Shown here: positions 1 through 8,466 of the stretch, in pieces
Layout of the letters: every line of letters starts with the position of its first letter
Position numbering within the stretch: the first letter of the stretch is position 1
NCBI GenBank assembly: GCA_016704485.1
Contig: JADJAA010000002.1
Location: 239,591-303,590 of the forward strand
Length of the DNA: 64,000 nt
Origin: Flavobacteriales bacterium
GTDB lineage: Bacteria > Bacteroidota > Bacteroidia > Flavobacteriales_F > PHOS-HE28
Direction: 5' to 3'
Notes under the pieces: generated by a model
What the model saw: the letters and a program-made list of their open reading frames with translations, nothing else
Databases searched by the model: none
What the model was told of the DNA's origin: nothing
Made by a program: the position numbers and the translations under genes

Positions 1-2165
1 TAGGAAGTACCCGCATTGTTCGTGATAGTGTCCGCGCCGATGAGGAGGCCATCGGGCCCCGTGCCGTGCACGAGCCGCACCGCGTAGCTGAAGGGTCCTT
101 CGATGCCGTAGAGCGATAGGATGAAACGCTCCAATCGTCCGCTGAAGGCTGGGGTGAAGGACTGCCACATAACGGTGCCTGGGGAAGCTGTGCCTTGTTC
201 GCCGGAGCTATAGCTGCCAAAGCCGGTGTTCTGGTCGGTGAAGGTGATAGTGTCCAACACTTCGTCGAAATAGTACCTGGCCATGTGCGCACCAAGGCCA
301 AGGGCCAATGGGTTAAGCAGGCTATCACGAATACCATCCACCGTGATGTATCCGCCGAACGGTTCGCCGGTCAGGATGAAGGGTTCAGCATTTATACAGA
401 GCGGCGCGTTGATGGCGGGAATACTGAGTACGGGTGCGGCGACCGTGATGATGGATAGTGTGGTGTCCGTGCAACCGAACGCGGTGTTGATGTAAGTGAG
501 TTCATGGGGGCCTTCACCGAGGGAGGCGGGTAAGAAACCATTCGTATTTACCCCTTCGATCCAGATCTCGGCATCCGGTGAGAAGTCATTGTCGCCGAAG
601 AGCCACACGGTATCAACCTCGCTCACGCAATAGGCATCGGCGAGGTTGAGCATGTAATGCGGCGGCACTTCGTAAAGGGAGTAGTAGCGGATAGCACTCT
701 GGCACGGTGGTAGGGCATTGACCCATGTGCGGAAGGCGGCATCGTGGTATGCATCCACGCTACTCGTGCCACGGGTGTAGTCGTAATAGGCCCAGTTGGT
801 ACCGAAGCTCAGCACTTGCCGGAAGGCATGTTCAGCGGTGAGTTCCACCGTGTACATGGTATCCGCGTTCCATGGAACCAGACTGCTGACGGGGAAGGTG
901 ATCCAACTTGTATCCATGATCGCGGGCGACGCGATCATGCTTTCGTGAAGGAGCACCGCACCGGCACCAACGCCGTGATATACACGCAGCGTGAAGTTGT
1001 TCGGCAAGCTATCGTGCAGCATGAATTCCACTTGCGTCAAACGACCGGTCTCGCCCGCGCGCACCGTTTGGCGAATGCTGTCCAAGAGCGCGTAACTGTA
1101 GGTATAGTTGCCGTAGTAGTCATACAGGGTGTACGACTGGTCGATGTGTTCCGAGCTATCCAACGGGAGGTCATTGGGTGAATACGTCACGGAATATTCG
1201 CCCGGAGTGTTCGGCGCATTCATCAACGTGGTGCCGCTCACCAAGGGTCCATCAAAAGTGCCGGGGCCAGGCGCAGCGGAGAGTTGGATGGAAGGATGGT
1301 TATGGCATTGGCGTGTGTCGAACGCATCGATGGCGATCGACACGGGATCTGAATGGAGATCGGTCTTCACGAAGTCCAGCACGTACTGCATCACCTGCGT
1401 TTGGCCGGTTGTAAAGAGGTTGTTGTCGCAGGGCGAATAGCACATGATGTTCGTTGTCTGCGGCATGTAGGGATCACCGTTCGCGTCGGTGCTGGTGCCG
1501 ATGTACGTGCAGTTGGCATAGTCGATCATCCCGGCCAATCCAAGGTTGGGATCTGCAGGCGTGTCGCAGATCTGGTCACCGCCGATGGTGCAGTTGGAAC
1601 CGTCCACCAGCTCGGCTTCGAACAATGCGTCGTGTGTATGCGGAAGGCCGAGCAAGTGACCGACCTCATGGGCCAGCACACGCGGGTTATCCGCGCCTTG
1701 CAGGAAGACCAAGTTGCCGAAGTTGAAGCCCGCCAAACCGTTGGGCAATAGTGCCACGTAAACCAACGTGACATAGCCCGGTTCGTAATACGGGTTCAGG
1801 ATCTCCGGGTCGAAGTTCCACAGCGCATAGAGGTTGTCGTTATCCACTACCTGCACCGGCCCACACAGCTCGAATTGGATGTCCGTGTTGTTCTGTGCGT
1901 AAAGCGCGTTCGTGCCATCGAGGTCGCGCTGCACCGCGCTGGTCGTTACAGCATCACCACCGGGCCCGCTCAGTGAGGCAATGATCACCTTCACCTTCAG
2001 GTAGCGCGTTCCACTGCGGCCGGGGTGATAGTTACGCGCTGCTTGAATGATTTCCGGGGAAACGGACGAGGTGCTGTTGCACCAGATACCGCTGGTCTGG
2101 GAGTGGAGCAAAAGCGGAAAGAGACTTTGAAGAACACCGACCAGGGCGAAGATGAGAAAGCGCAT
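1..2165 (-). CDS. Secreted metzincin zinc metalloprotease (M43 pappalysin/cytophagalysin-like); 3' end runs off window start
   Basis: Continuous reverse-strand frame from ATG at 2163-2165 (MRFLIFALVGVLQSLFPLLLHS signal peptide) down to position 1. Contains HEVGHLLGLPHTHD = HExxHxxGxxH metzincin zinc site. Absent from the ORF track because no stop lies inside the window. Plus-strand ORFs 195-1751 are antisense artefacts. Confidence 0.75.
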   Translation of the reverse strand, partial: MRFLIFALVGVLQSLFPLLLHSQTSGIWCNSTSSVSPEIIQAARNYHPGRSGTRYLKVKVIIASLSGPGGDAVTTSAVQRDLDGTNALYAQNNTDIQFELCGPVQVVDNDNLYALWNFDPEILNPYYEPGYVTLVYVALLPNGLAGFNFGNLVFLQGADNPRVLAHEVGHLLGLPHTHDALFEAELVDGSNCTIGGDQICDTPADPNLGLAGMIDYANCTYIGTSTDANGDPYMPQTTNIMCYSPCDNNLFTTGQTQVMQYVLDFVKTDLHSDPVSIAIDAFDTRQCHNHPSIQLSAAPGPGTFDGPLVSGTTLMNAPNTPGEYSVTYSPNDLPLDSSEHIDQSYTLYDYYGNYTYSYALLDSIRQTVRAGETGRLTQVEFMLHDSLPNNFTLRVYHGVGAGAVLLHESMIASPAIMDTSWITFPVSSLVPWNADTMYTVELTAEHAFRQVLSFGTNWAYYDYTRGTSSVDAYHDAAFRTWVNALPPCQSAIRYYSLYEVPPHYMLNLADAYCVSEVDTVWLFGDNDFSPDAEIWIEGVNTNGFLPASLGEGPHELTYINTAFGCTDTTLSIITVAAPVLSIPAINAPLCINAEPFILTGEPFGGYITVDGIRDSLLNPLALGLGAHMARYYFDEVLDTITFTDQNTGFGSYSSGEQGTASPGTVMWQSFTPAFSGRLERFILSLYGIEGPFSYAVRLVHGTGPDGLLIGADTITNNAGTS

Positions 2166-2560
2166 GTGTTCTATCACTGTCGATGGTGCTGGAGTGACGC
2201 GAAGATGCGGAAAGGAGTTGTCCGTTCGTGCTGCTGTGAGGAAAAGAATTTCAGGGCCACTTTACAACTCAACAAAGTCTACTACGCTTTGGTGGGGACC
2301 GTGCGGTCAAGACCAAGAACGCAAGGTCCTGAAGCGGTACCCTTGCGGAGAGTTAGTACACATGCGTGACGACAGTAATAAGGAAGTATACGAACAGTGA
2401 GCTGCAAAGGTTATCGATCACCTGGGCCAAGCAGCCGGAAAATGTACCTCGCAAGCTCCAGCGGGATGCGTGCGATCCATGGCCCAACTAGTAGCCCATT
2501 GCCTACAAGTAAGTGGTATTTAACAATGCGAGAAACATTTTGTTAAAGGATCACGCCATT

Positions 2561-2982
2561 TTCTTCTTTGTCTTTTTCATTTTCTCCTTTGTACTTGCGG
2601 CAAGTTCCTTTGTCTTTTTCATTTTCTCCTTTGTACTTGCGGCAAGTTCCTTTGTCTTTTTCATTTTCTCCTTTGCACTTGCGGCAAGTTCCTTTGTCTT
2701 TTTCATTTTCTCCTTTGTACTTGCGGCAAGTTCCTTTGTCTTTTTCATTTTCTCCTTTGTACTTGCGGCAAGTTCCTTTGTCTTTTTCATTTTCTCCTTT
2801 GTACTTGCGGCAAGTTCCTTTGTCTTTTTCATTTTCTCCTTTGCACTTGCGGCAAGTTCCTTTGTCTTTTTCATTTTCTCCTTTGTACTTGCGGCAAGTT
2901 CCTTTGTCTTTTTCATTTTCTCCTTTGCACTTGCGGCAAGTTCCTTTGTCTTTTTCATTTTCTCCTTTGTCTTTTTCATTTT
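2561..2982. repeat. 42-bp tandem repeat, ~10 copies (internal 21-bp periodicity of TCCTTTGT)
   Basis: The unit ttctcctttgtacttgcggcaagttcctttgtctttttcatt repeats head-to-tail. The only variation is T/C at gtacttgcgg versus gcacttgcgg. The 42 bp = 14 codons, so every frame gives a 14-aa periodic ORF (e.g. MKKTKELAASTKEK on the minus strand). Confidence 0.95.
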
Positions 2983-3375
2983 GGCAAAGCACTTTTTGGT
3001 TTTGCCCTCGCAATTGGCGGTGCTCTGCCCTCAAACCGGCGTTCTTCGCTGCCAAATAGCGTCGGCACGCGCCGTTTCGACCGGATTACTTCGTTTGCAG
3101 TGGGATCTTCATTTAACAGCCCCTCCGCGCCGTAAAGGAGGCTCCCGATTTCGAATACTTCAAGTCGGGACGGTCGGAGCTCACGATGGATCTTTCGGCG
3201 GAGTGGTCGGCTGGATGGCCGGAGGTCGGAATGACGATCGTGCCAGCCCCAACAGGACTGTGTTCCCTCTTGATCTATACGAAGAATGGGCTCCGTTTGG
3301 TGCATTTTGCGAAGGTGTAATGGGGAATAGGGTGGTGTAAGTGACTATGGGTCAGGCTGCTAAATGTGGCCCTAT

Positions 3376-3704
3376 GTTGACCTCATGTTCATGAACGTTG
3401 CCTCCCATGTTCATGAAGGTTGCCCTCACTGTTCATGAAGGTTGCCCTCACTGTTCATGAAGGTTGCCTTCACTGTTCATGAAGGTTGCCCTCACTGTTC
3501 ATGAAGGTTGCCCTCACTGTTCATGAAGGTTGCCCTCACTGTTCATGAACGTTGCCCTCACTGTTCATGAAGGTTGCCTCCCATGTTCATGAACGTTGCC
3601 CCTCATGTTCATGAAGGTTGCCTCCCATGTTCATGAACATTGCCCCTCATGTTCATGAAGGTTGCCTCCCATGTTCATGAACATTGCCCCTTAGGTTCAT
3701 GAAC
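3376..3704. repeat. 22-bp tandem repeat array A (~15 units, consensus GTTGCCCTCACTGTTCATGAAG)
   Basis: Direct head-to-tail 22-bp units. Variants ctccca/ccctca/ccttca and gaag/gaac alternate in places as a 44-bp higher-order repeat. 22 is not a multiple of 3, so the array is non-coding. Confidence 0.95.
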
Positions 3705-3968
3705 ATTGCCCACCATGTCATACGACATTGCCCACCATGTCGACTGTAGTTGCCCACCATGTCGACTGACGTTGCCCACCATGTCGACTGACGTTGCCCA
3801 CCATGTCGACTGACATTGCCCACCATGTCGACTGACATTGCCCACCATGTCGACTGACATTGCCCACCATGTCGACAGACATTGCCCACCATGTCGACTG
3901 ACGTTGCCCACCATGTCGACTGACATTGCCCACCATGTCGACTGACATTGCCCACCATGTCGACTGAC
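3705..3968. repeat. 22-bp tandem repeat array B (~12 units, consensus (A/G)TTGCCCACCATGTCGACTGAC)
   Basis: Contiguous with array A. Units share the (G/A)TTGCCC head, but the tail changes to ACCATGTCGACTGAC. Transitional units are visible at 3683-3748. Confidence 0.95.
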
Positions 3969-4209
3969 ATTGCCCACCACTACGACTGTAGTTGCCCACC
4001 ACTACGACTGTAGTTGCCCACCACTACGAGCGTAGTTGCCCACCACTACGACTGTAGTTGCCCACCACTACGACCGTAGTTGCCCACCACTACGACTGTA
4101 GTTGCCCACCACTACGACTGTAGGTGCCCATCACTACGACTGTAGTTGCCCGACACTACGCTTGTAGTTGCCCACCTCGACGACTGTAGTTGTCCAGCAC
4201 TACGCCTGA
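3969..4209. repeat. 22-bp tandem repeat array C (~11 units, consensus GTTGCCCACCACTACGACTGTA, decaying toward 4209)
   Basis: Contiguous with array B. The last units become progressively degenerate: ggtgcccatcac, gttgcccgacac, gttgtccagcac. Confidence 0.9.
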
Positions 4210-4499
4210 CCTTGCGCACGAGCGGGCCGTAAATGCCCGATATGTCCATAAACCCCTCGTATTGACGGCGGCCTCCGGTGGGTAAGGTTTCTTGGCCTCT
4301 TGGTTGGCTTGGGTTTGGGCTTTTGGTCCCTAGTCCAGTGGCTTCTGGCGTTGGCTGGTATGGTTGCCATGCCACAGGCAGGCCATAGGTTGAGGTGGTT
4401 GGTGGGTAGGTTGGTATTGAAGGGGCTAGCATAAGCTTCTCTCCTCAAGCACAGGAGTACCTGCCGGCCCGTATGTACTGCTCTGTGCCGAGCACTGCC

Positions 4500-6124
4500 G
4501 ACCTTGATCACATTATGGGGAAGGGAATCCCGTGCGAGTTGGGTACACGGCCCGGGCCACATGGGTGATACTTCCAGAGTATTGGCTTGGCCCGGGTGGG
4601 TAGACAACGCAGGGTCCCGAAGCGGAGACTTATTCTATGTTAAAAACAAGCATAACGTAAAGTTTTTTTCAGGCATTAGGACTCCAGCCATGAACCAAGG
4701 ATGAGGCCCACCCTTGATCCATGTTGTTGGCCGTTGCCATCATGCCTATCCCTGTTAGGTTGCTCTTCAGCAGAGCCTGCTTCCGTTTGGACACGACATA
4801 CGAAGTACGGCAATCCGATCAATTCTGCACTAATTGCCGCTGCTCATAGGGCCGGTTGTTGCGGATCACGGCGCAAACACAATGGATGATCTTATTACGG
4901 ACCGCATTGACAACCAATATCGGCTTCTTGCCTTCAGATACTTTGCGTTGGAAGTAGACCTTTAATTCTCCTTCGCGTTGCACGTTGGCAAGTGCAGCCA
5001 TGTGGAGCATGGTCTTAAGGATCTTGTTGGCTTGATGTGATACTTGCGTTCGTCCGCGAATACTGCTACCAGAACTACGCTCAAATGGAGCTACACCAGC
5101 ATGACATGCCAGTTCGCGTGGGTTCGTAAATCGATGGAAGCCATCGGTGAGCGCGATCAAATAGCTCGCTAATTGTGGGCCTACGCCGGGGATCGTGAGC
5201 AACAGGTTGTATTGTTCACTGGTTATATCATCGGCTTTGATCTGTGCCATGATCAGTTGCTCTACGCGTATCACGGCACGATCAGAAGCAACGATCAAAC
5301 GCTTGTCAAGTTGGTCGAACGCCTTTTTAATGTCCTTGTCCATGTAGCGGTTCAGGTCCGAGAGATGCTTCTTGTACATGGCTCTGACGCGAACCAAGTG
5401 TTGCCTACGTGTGAGCAGGTGCTTGAGTTTATCGAGCTTGAGGTTCTGTGCTGTGAACAAACGTGTTTTCTCTCGAAATGTGCGTGCGTATTGCGCGATC
5501 CGCAAAGCGTCCACTTTGTCGTTCTTCACACGCTTGATGCCCATGCTCTTTTGTATATCGAGCGGGTGCGCCAACCAAGCATGCCAGTGCTGCTCCACGA
5601 TCAGATTAAGCAACATCAACGTATAGTGCCCGGTAGGTTCCAAACACACTAGGCATTCCCCGGTGTCAACTCCGTATCGTTTCTTCCAGCTGTTCATTAG
5701 CGTCATTACGGCTGTACGACCATTGCTTACTTGCAAGCTCTCCAAGTGAACACCGTGTTCATCGAGCAATGCGAAATCCAAGGTTGCACTGCTCACATCG
5801 ATACCGATCCAATGCTTCATTTTCGTTTACTTTGAGGTTCAACAAATGATCGCTGTTGAGGCTGAGCGACAGGTCCGATGCTCCATGACTCTAATAGGCC
5901 CTTACGCCTAGCATTCTATCCGAGCCTTAGACCTGAGAAAGCCAGAGGTACCCATAAGTCTCTTAGGGGCTTTAACCCTAGCTGCGGAGTTGGTTCACCC
6001 CTGGCTTGGCTCAGTTCTCTTCAGTGATCTATCGACATCTAAGAAAATAGTTCCTTAGTGACGATGCAATACTAGAGCCTGCATAGGGTTAGTGGTCAAG
6101 TGGGCGTGAAGGCTCCGCGGCATC
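4500..6124 (-). mobile_element. IS110-family insertion sequence, approximate extent including non-coding flanks
   Basis: The transposase is flanked by about 300 bp of structured, GC-rich non-coding DNA on each side. The family has no terminal inverted repeats, so exact ends cannot be set by eye. Confidence 0.35.
4819..5820 (-). CDS. IS110-family transposase (DEDD N-terminal domain + IS116/IS110/IS902 C-terminal domain)
   Basis: 333-aa ORF with ATG start. N-terminus WIGIDVSSATLDFAL and C-terminal LLTIPGVGPQLASYLIALTDGFHRFTNPRELACHAGVAPFERSSGSS are both hallmark IS110-family transposase motifs. Confidence 0.85.
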   Translation of the reverse strand: MKHWIGIDVSSATLDFALLDEHGVHLESLQVSNGRTAVMTLMNSWKKRYGVDTGECLVCLEPTGHYTLMLLNLIVEQHWHAWLAHPLDIQKSMGIKRVKNDKVDALRIAQYARTFREKTRLFTAQNLKLDKLKHLLTRRQHLVRVRAMYKKHLSDLNRYMDKDIKKAFDQLDKRLIVASDRAVIRVEQLIMAQIKADDITSEQYNLLLTIPGVGPQLASYLIALTDGFHRFTNPRELACHAGVAPFERSSGSSIRGRTQVSHQANKILKTMLHMAALANVQREGELKVYFQRKVSEGKKPILVVNAVRNKIIHCVCAVIRNNRPYEQRQLVQN

Positions 6125-7399
6125 TTAATACGTTTGACCATCCGCCTTCAGAACCACAATACTTTCCCTTAGTGCTGGAACTTCCGTCGAATGTGCTTCA
6201 TGATTCCAATGTTGGCCTGAGCTACGTAAACGGCGAATGACCTGTACTTCCTGCGTAAGCCAACCTACCTTTTCAGCGATGTCCGCGAGGATAAAATCCA
6301 CGGGGATTACCACTCCGGCATATGCGGAGGTGCCAACGGCAATTTTTAGGACCGCATCTGGTTTTGCTCTGTTCCGAAGGTTCTTCAATAGTCCGGCCAT
6401 GTCTTCAAAGTAGGCTTGAATCATATTGGGGATGTTCGGATTCCAAAGTTGCTCCTTGCGCACAACTAACTCTTTGTATGCTTTTGCATAGTTGATACCG
6501 AAGTCGTCATTAAATGGCTTCGCCCAGGCTGCTTGCACATGCGACCGGACCGTTTGGAGCCGAATATTCATCAAGTCTGCGTTAGTGCGAACAAAACCGC
6601 CCAAGAAAAGCTCCGGCCTATAGACATCTGTGTAGTCGAAGGAGTTCAAGTAAGGCGGTGATGTGACACAGAGGTCGAACTTTCGTATATCCCTGTGTGT
6701 ACTGAGCCGCCGCGCATCCATGCGCTCAACACTGGACTTGGAACCAGATATTGGGGCTGCTACTACGTCCTCCTTCATCATAGCAATGTATGCCTCGTAT
6801 GCGCTGAGAAAAGAGGACGCATTGAATGACCGATAGTTGTCCATGCGCTTGTACCGGAGGCATTTGCCATCAGGATACGCATTACAATTATCCATGGCTG
6901 CCTTCATAAGCGCCAAACGGCTTAACGATCGCTCAGGACGTGCGAAACGTTTGGTGGAATCCCAGCCTCCCATGAAGGATCGAAGTACGGACCTGTTGAA
7001 TAGCCATTTACTCTTGCCTCCAGCTTGTGAGAAGGTGGAATAGGACTCAAGCGAAGTCTTCAGAGGCTGTCGAATGCCCTTGACCGTCCACTCAAACGCG
7101 TTTGAAAGGATACGGGGCGTTGATTGTTCAAGTTTGGCCTGACCAACAAAAGCGAGGAACGGATTTACTTCAAAGGCAAGGCACTCAACTCCACTTAAAG
7201 CATATTGCAGAGGACTAGTGCCGGAACCGCTGAAAGGCTCTATGGCGAAAATCCCATTCCGTGGTGTGTGATCGACCTCTGAAAGTGCGTCCGTAATTAG
7301 AGAAGCACTGAAGCCCTCCTTAATTGGGTACCATCGATGACGAGGCAACACCATGTTATCTACGGCATTGGTAATTGAGCGAACTGCATGTTTTGGCAT
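6125..7399 (-). CDS. DNA amino-methyltransferase (N6-adenine or N4-cytosine; SPPY motif IV), fourth gene of coupled operon
   Basis: 424 aa. Motif I IFAIEPFSGSGTSPL, acidic beta-2 end CLAFEVNP, motif IV LCVTSPPYLNSFDY. The ATG at 7397-7399 lies 2 bp after the upstream gene's stop at 7402-7404. Confidence 0.7.
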   Translation of the reverse strand: MPKHAVRSITNAVDNMVLPRHRWYPIKEGFSASLITDALSEVDHTPRNGIFAIEPFSGSGTSPLQYALSGVECLAFEVNPFLAFVGQAKLEQSTPRILSNAFEWTVKGIRQPLKTSLESYSTFSQAGGKSKWLFNRSVLRSFMGGWDSTKRFARPERSLSRLALMKAAMDNCNAYPDGKCLRYKRMDNYRSFNASSFLSAYEAYIAMMKEDVVAAPISGSKSSVERMDARRLSTHRDIRKFDLCVTSPPYLNSFDYTDVYRPELFLGGFVRTNADLMNIRLQTVRSHVQAAWAKPFNDDFGINYAKAYKELVVRKEQLWNPNIPNMIQAYFEDMAGLLKNLRNRAKPDAVLKIAVGTSAYAGVVIPVDFILADIAEKVGWLTQEVQVIRRLRSSGQHWNHEAHSTEVPALRESIVVLKADGQTY

Positions 7400-7401
7400 A
7401 C

Positions 7402-8466
7402 TTAGGCTTCTAAGAAAAGGCGGATTGGTTTTTCAAAGTCACTTCTTGTGGAATGGTAATCTGGGTTATAGGTGATTTCGCGTGTCGCAAAATGACATTG
7501 CTGTTTAGCTGTTAGTGATTTGGTGCTCGCCTTTACTCCATGGCGGCGACAGTCAAAAACAACGAGATAACCCAACGTGTCCGAAGCAGGACTATTTCGC
7601 TTGTGATTGTCAAGGTAATTCGCAAGTTGCTCTGCACCTTTATTTGCACGTGATTCGCCATAGTTGGCAGTGAATCTTGCACCATCACCACTACGGGATT
7701 TACCAATCCACTTAATTTCAATAAGTGCCTCTCTCGTAGACATCTGGGCTGTTAACTTGATGTCAATCGGATGGCTTTCATCGATATTTTGTTCGGGGCG
7801 AACCCAATAGTCATCAAAGCGCATACAACAGCGCAGGTAATGGCTAAGAGAGGTACGTAGCCGGTGTTCTGGTCCTGGCCCGAACCAGAAGCGTCTATCT
7901 GGATCTTGCCAAGCTTCCCGCAAAGTTGGGCATGTAGAGTGGCGAGCTAGGCTATGCCCGTAATCCAGCAGGGCTTCGCGCAGGTCATCAAAATGATGAA
8001 GCAGGAACTGACTTGGTGCCCCAGGTAGGAATTTGTCAACAGTCAGGCATTGTTCGCCAATCCGAAACTCCTCGACCTCTTGAACTAAACTGTAAACAAT
8101 AGCGTCGGTCTGGTTTTGAAGGGGTGAGTTTACATTCCCTTTCCAAAGAAATGCAGTTCCGTCTGGTCTTATCTCAATTGCTGCCAAATCGAGTACGCCG
8201 TTGATGGTTTTACCATTGAGAATTCGTTCGGCTTGGACAAGGCGCTTCTCATCAAGTTCCGAATGAATTCCTATTGGGGCAAAGACAGTGAGTTGCGTTT
8301 TTCGATTAACACGGCAGAACTGGCCTTGAATGCGAAGAAAGTTCAAGAGCTGTTTAAGCCGTGTGACACCCTCTTCACCAAACACCTCTTGAGCCTTTAT
8401 TAATGGCTGATTCGCCAATGCGCGATGCATGACGTCTGTATCAATTTTCCTAGTTGCTATGCTCAT
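7402..8466 (-). CDS. Hypothetical protein with PD-(D/E)xK-like nuclease motif (candidate restriction/effector nuclease), third gene of operon
   Basis: 354 aa. HPIDIKLTAQMSTREALIEIKWIGK gives D then E-x-K with 15-residue spacing, characteristic of the restriction-endonuclease fold. Its start overlaps the upstream gene's end by 17 bp. Confidence 0.5.
   Translation of the reverse strand: MSIATRKIDTDVMHRALANQPLIKAQEVFGEEGVTRLKQLLNFLRIQGQFCRVNRKTQLTVFAPIGIHSELDEKRLVQAERILNGKTINGVLDLAAIEIRPDGTAFLWKGNVNSPLQNQTDAIVYSLVQEVEEFRIGEQCLTVDKFLPGAPSQFLLHHFDDLREALLDYGHSLARHSTCPTLREAWQDPDRRFWFGPGPEHRLRTSLSHYLRCCMRFDDYWVRPEQNIDESHPIDIKLTAQMSTREALIEIKWIGKSRSGDGARFTANYGESRANKGAEQLANYLDNHKRNSPASDTLGYLVVFDCRRHGVKASTKSLTAKQQCHFATREITYNPDYHSTRSDFEKPIRLFLEA

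Noticed and set aside
195-1751. Several plus-strand ORFs of 78-145 aa
   Set aside because: They are antisense to the continuous metalloprotease frame and lack motifs.
2513-3340. 275-aa plus-strand ORF through the 42-bp array (FVFFIFSFVLAASS x10)
   Set aside because: It is an extreme Phe-rich artefact of the repeat. The non-repeat tail has no protein-like composition. The minus-strand Lys-rich frame is kept only as a remote possibility in the findings.
3653-4002. Minus-strand ORFs of 94-105 aa with periodic MVGNVSRHGGQCQSTWWA repeats
   Set aside because: They are generated solely by reading through the 22-bp repeats. 22 is not a multiple of 3, so the frames rotate, and there is no start context.
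3376-4209. 22-bp repeat arrays as a CRISPR array
   Set aside because: The units are directly adjacent with no unique spacers and 22 bp is too short, so this is a tandem satellite-type array, not repeat-spacer architecture.
4112-4607. Minus-strand ORFs of 106 and 135 aa in the GC-rich stretch after the repeats
   Set aside because: They are Pro/Arg-rich low-complexity translations of GC-rich DNA with no start context. More likely non-coding IS or island flank.
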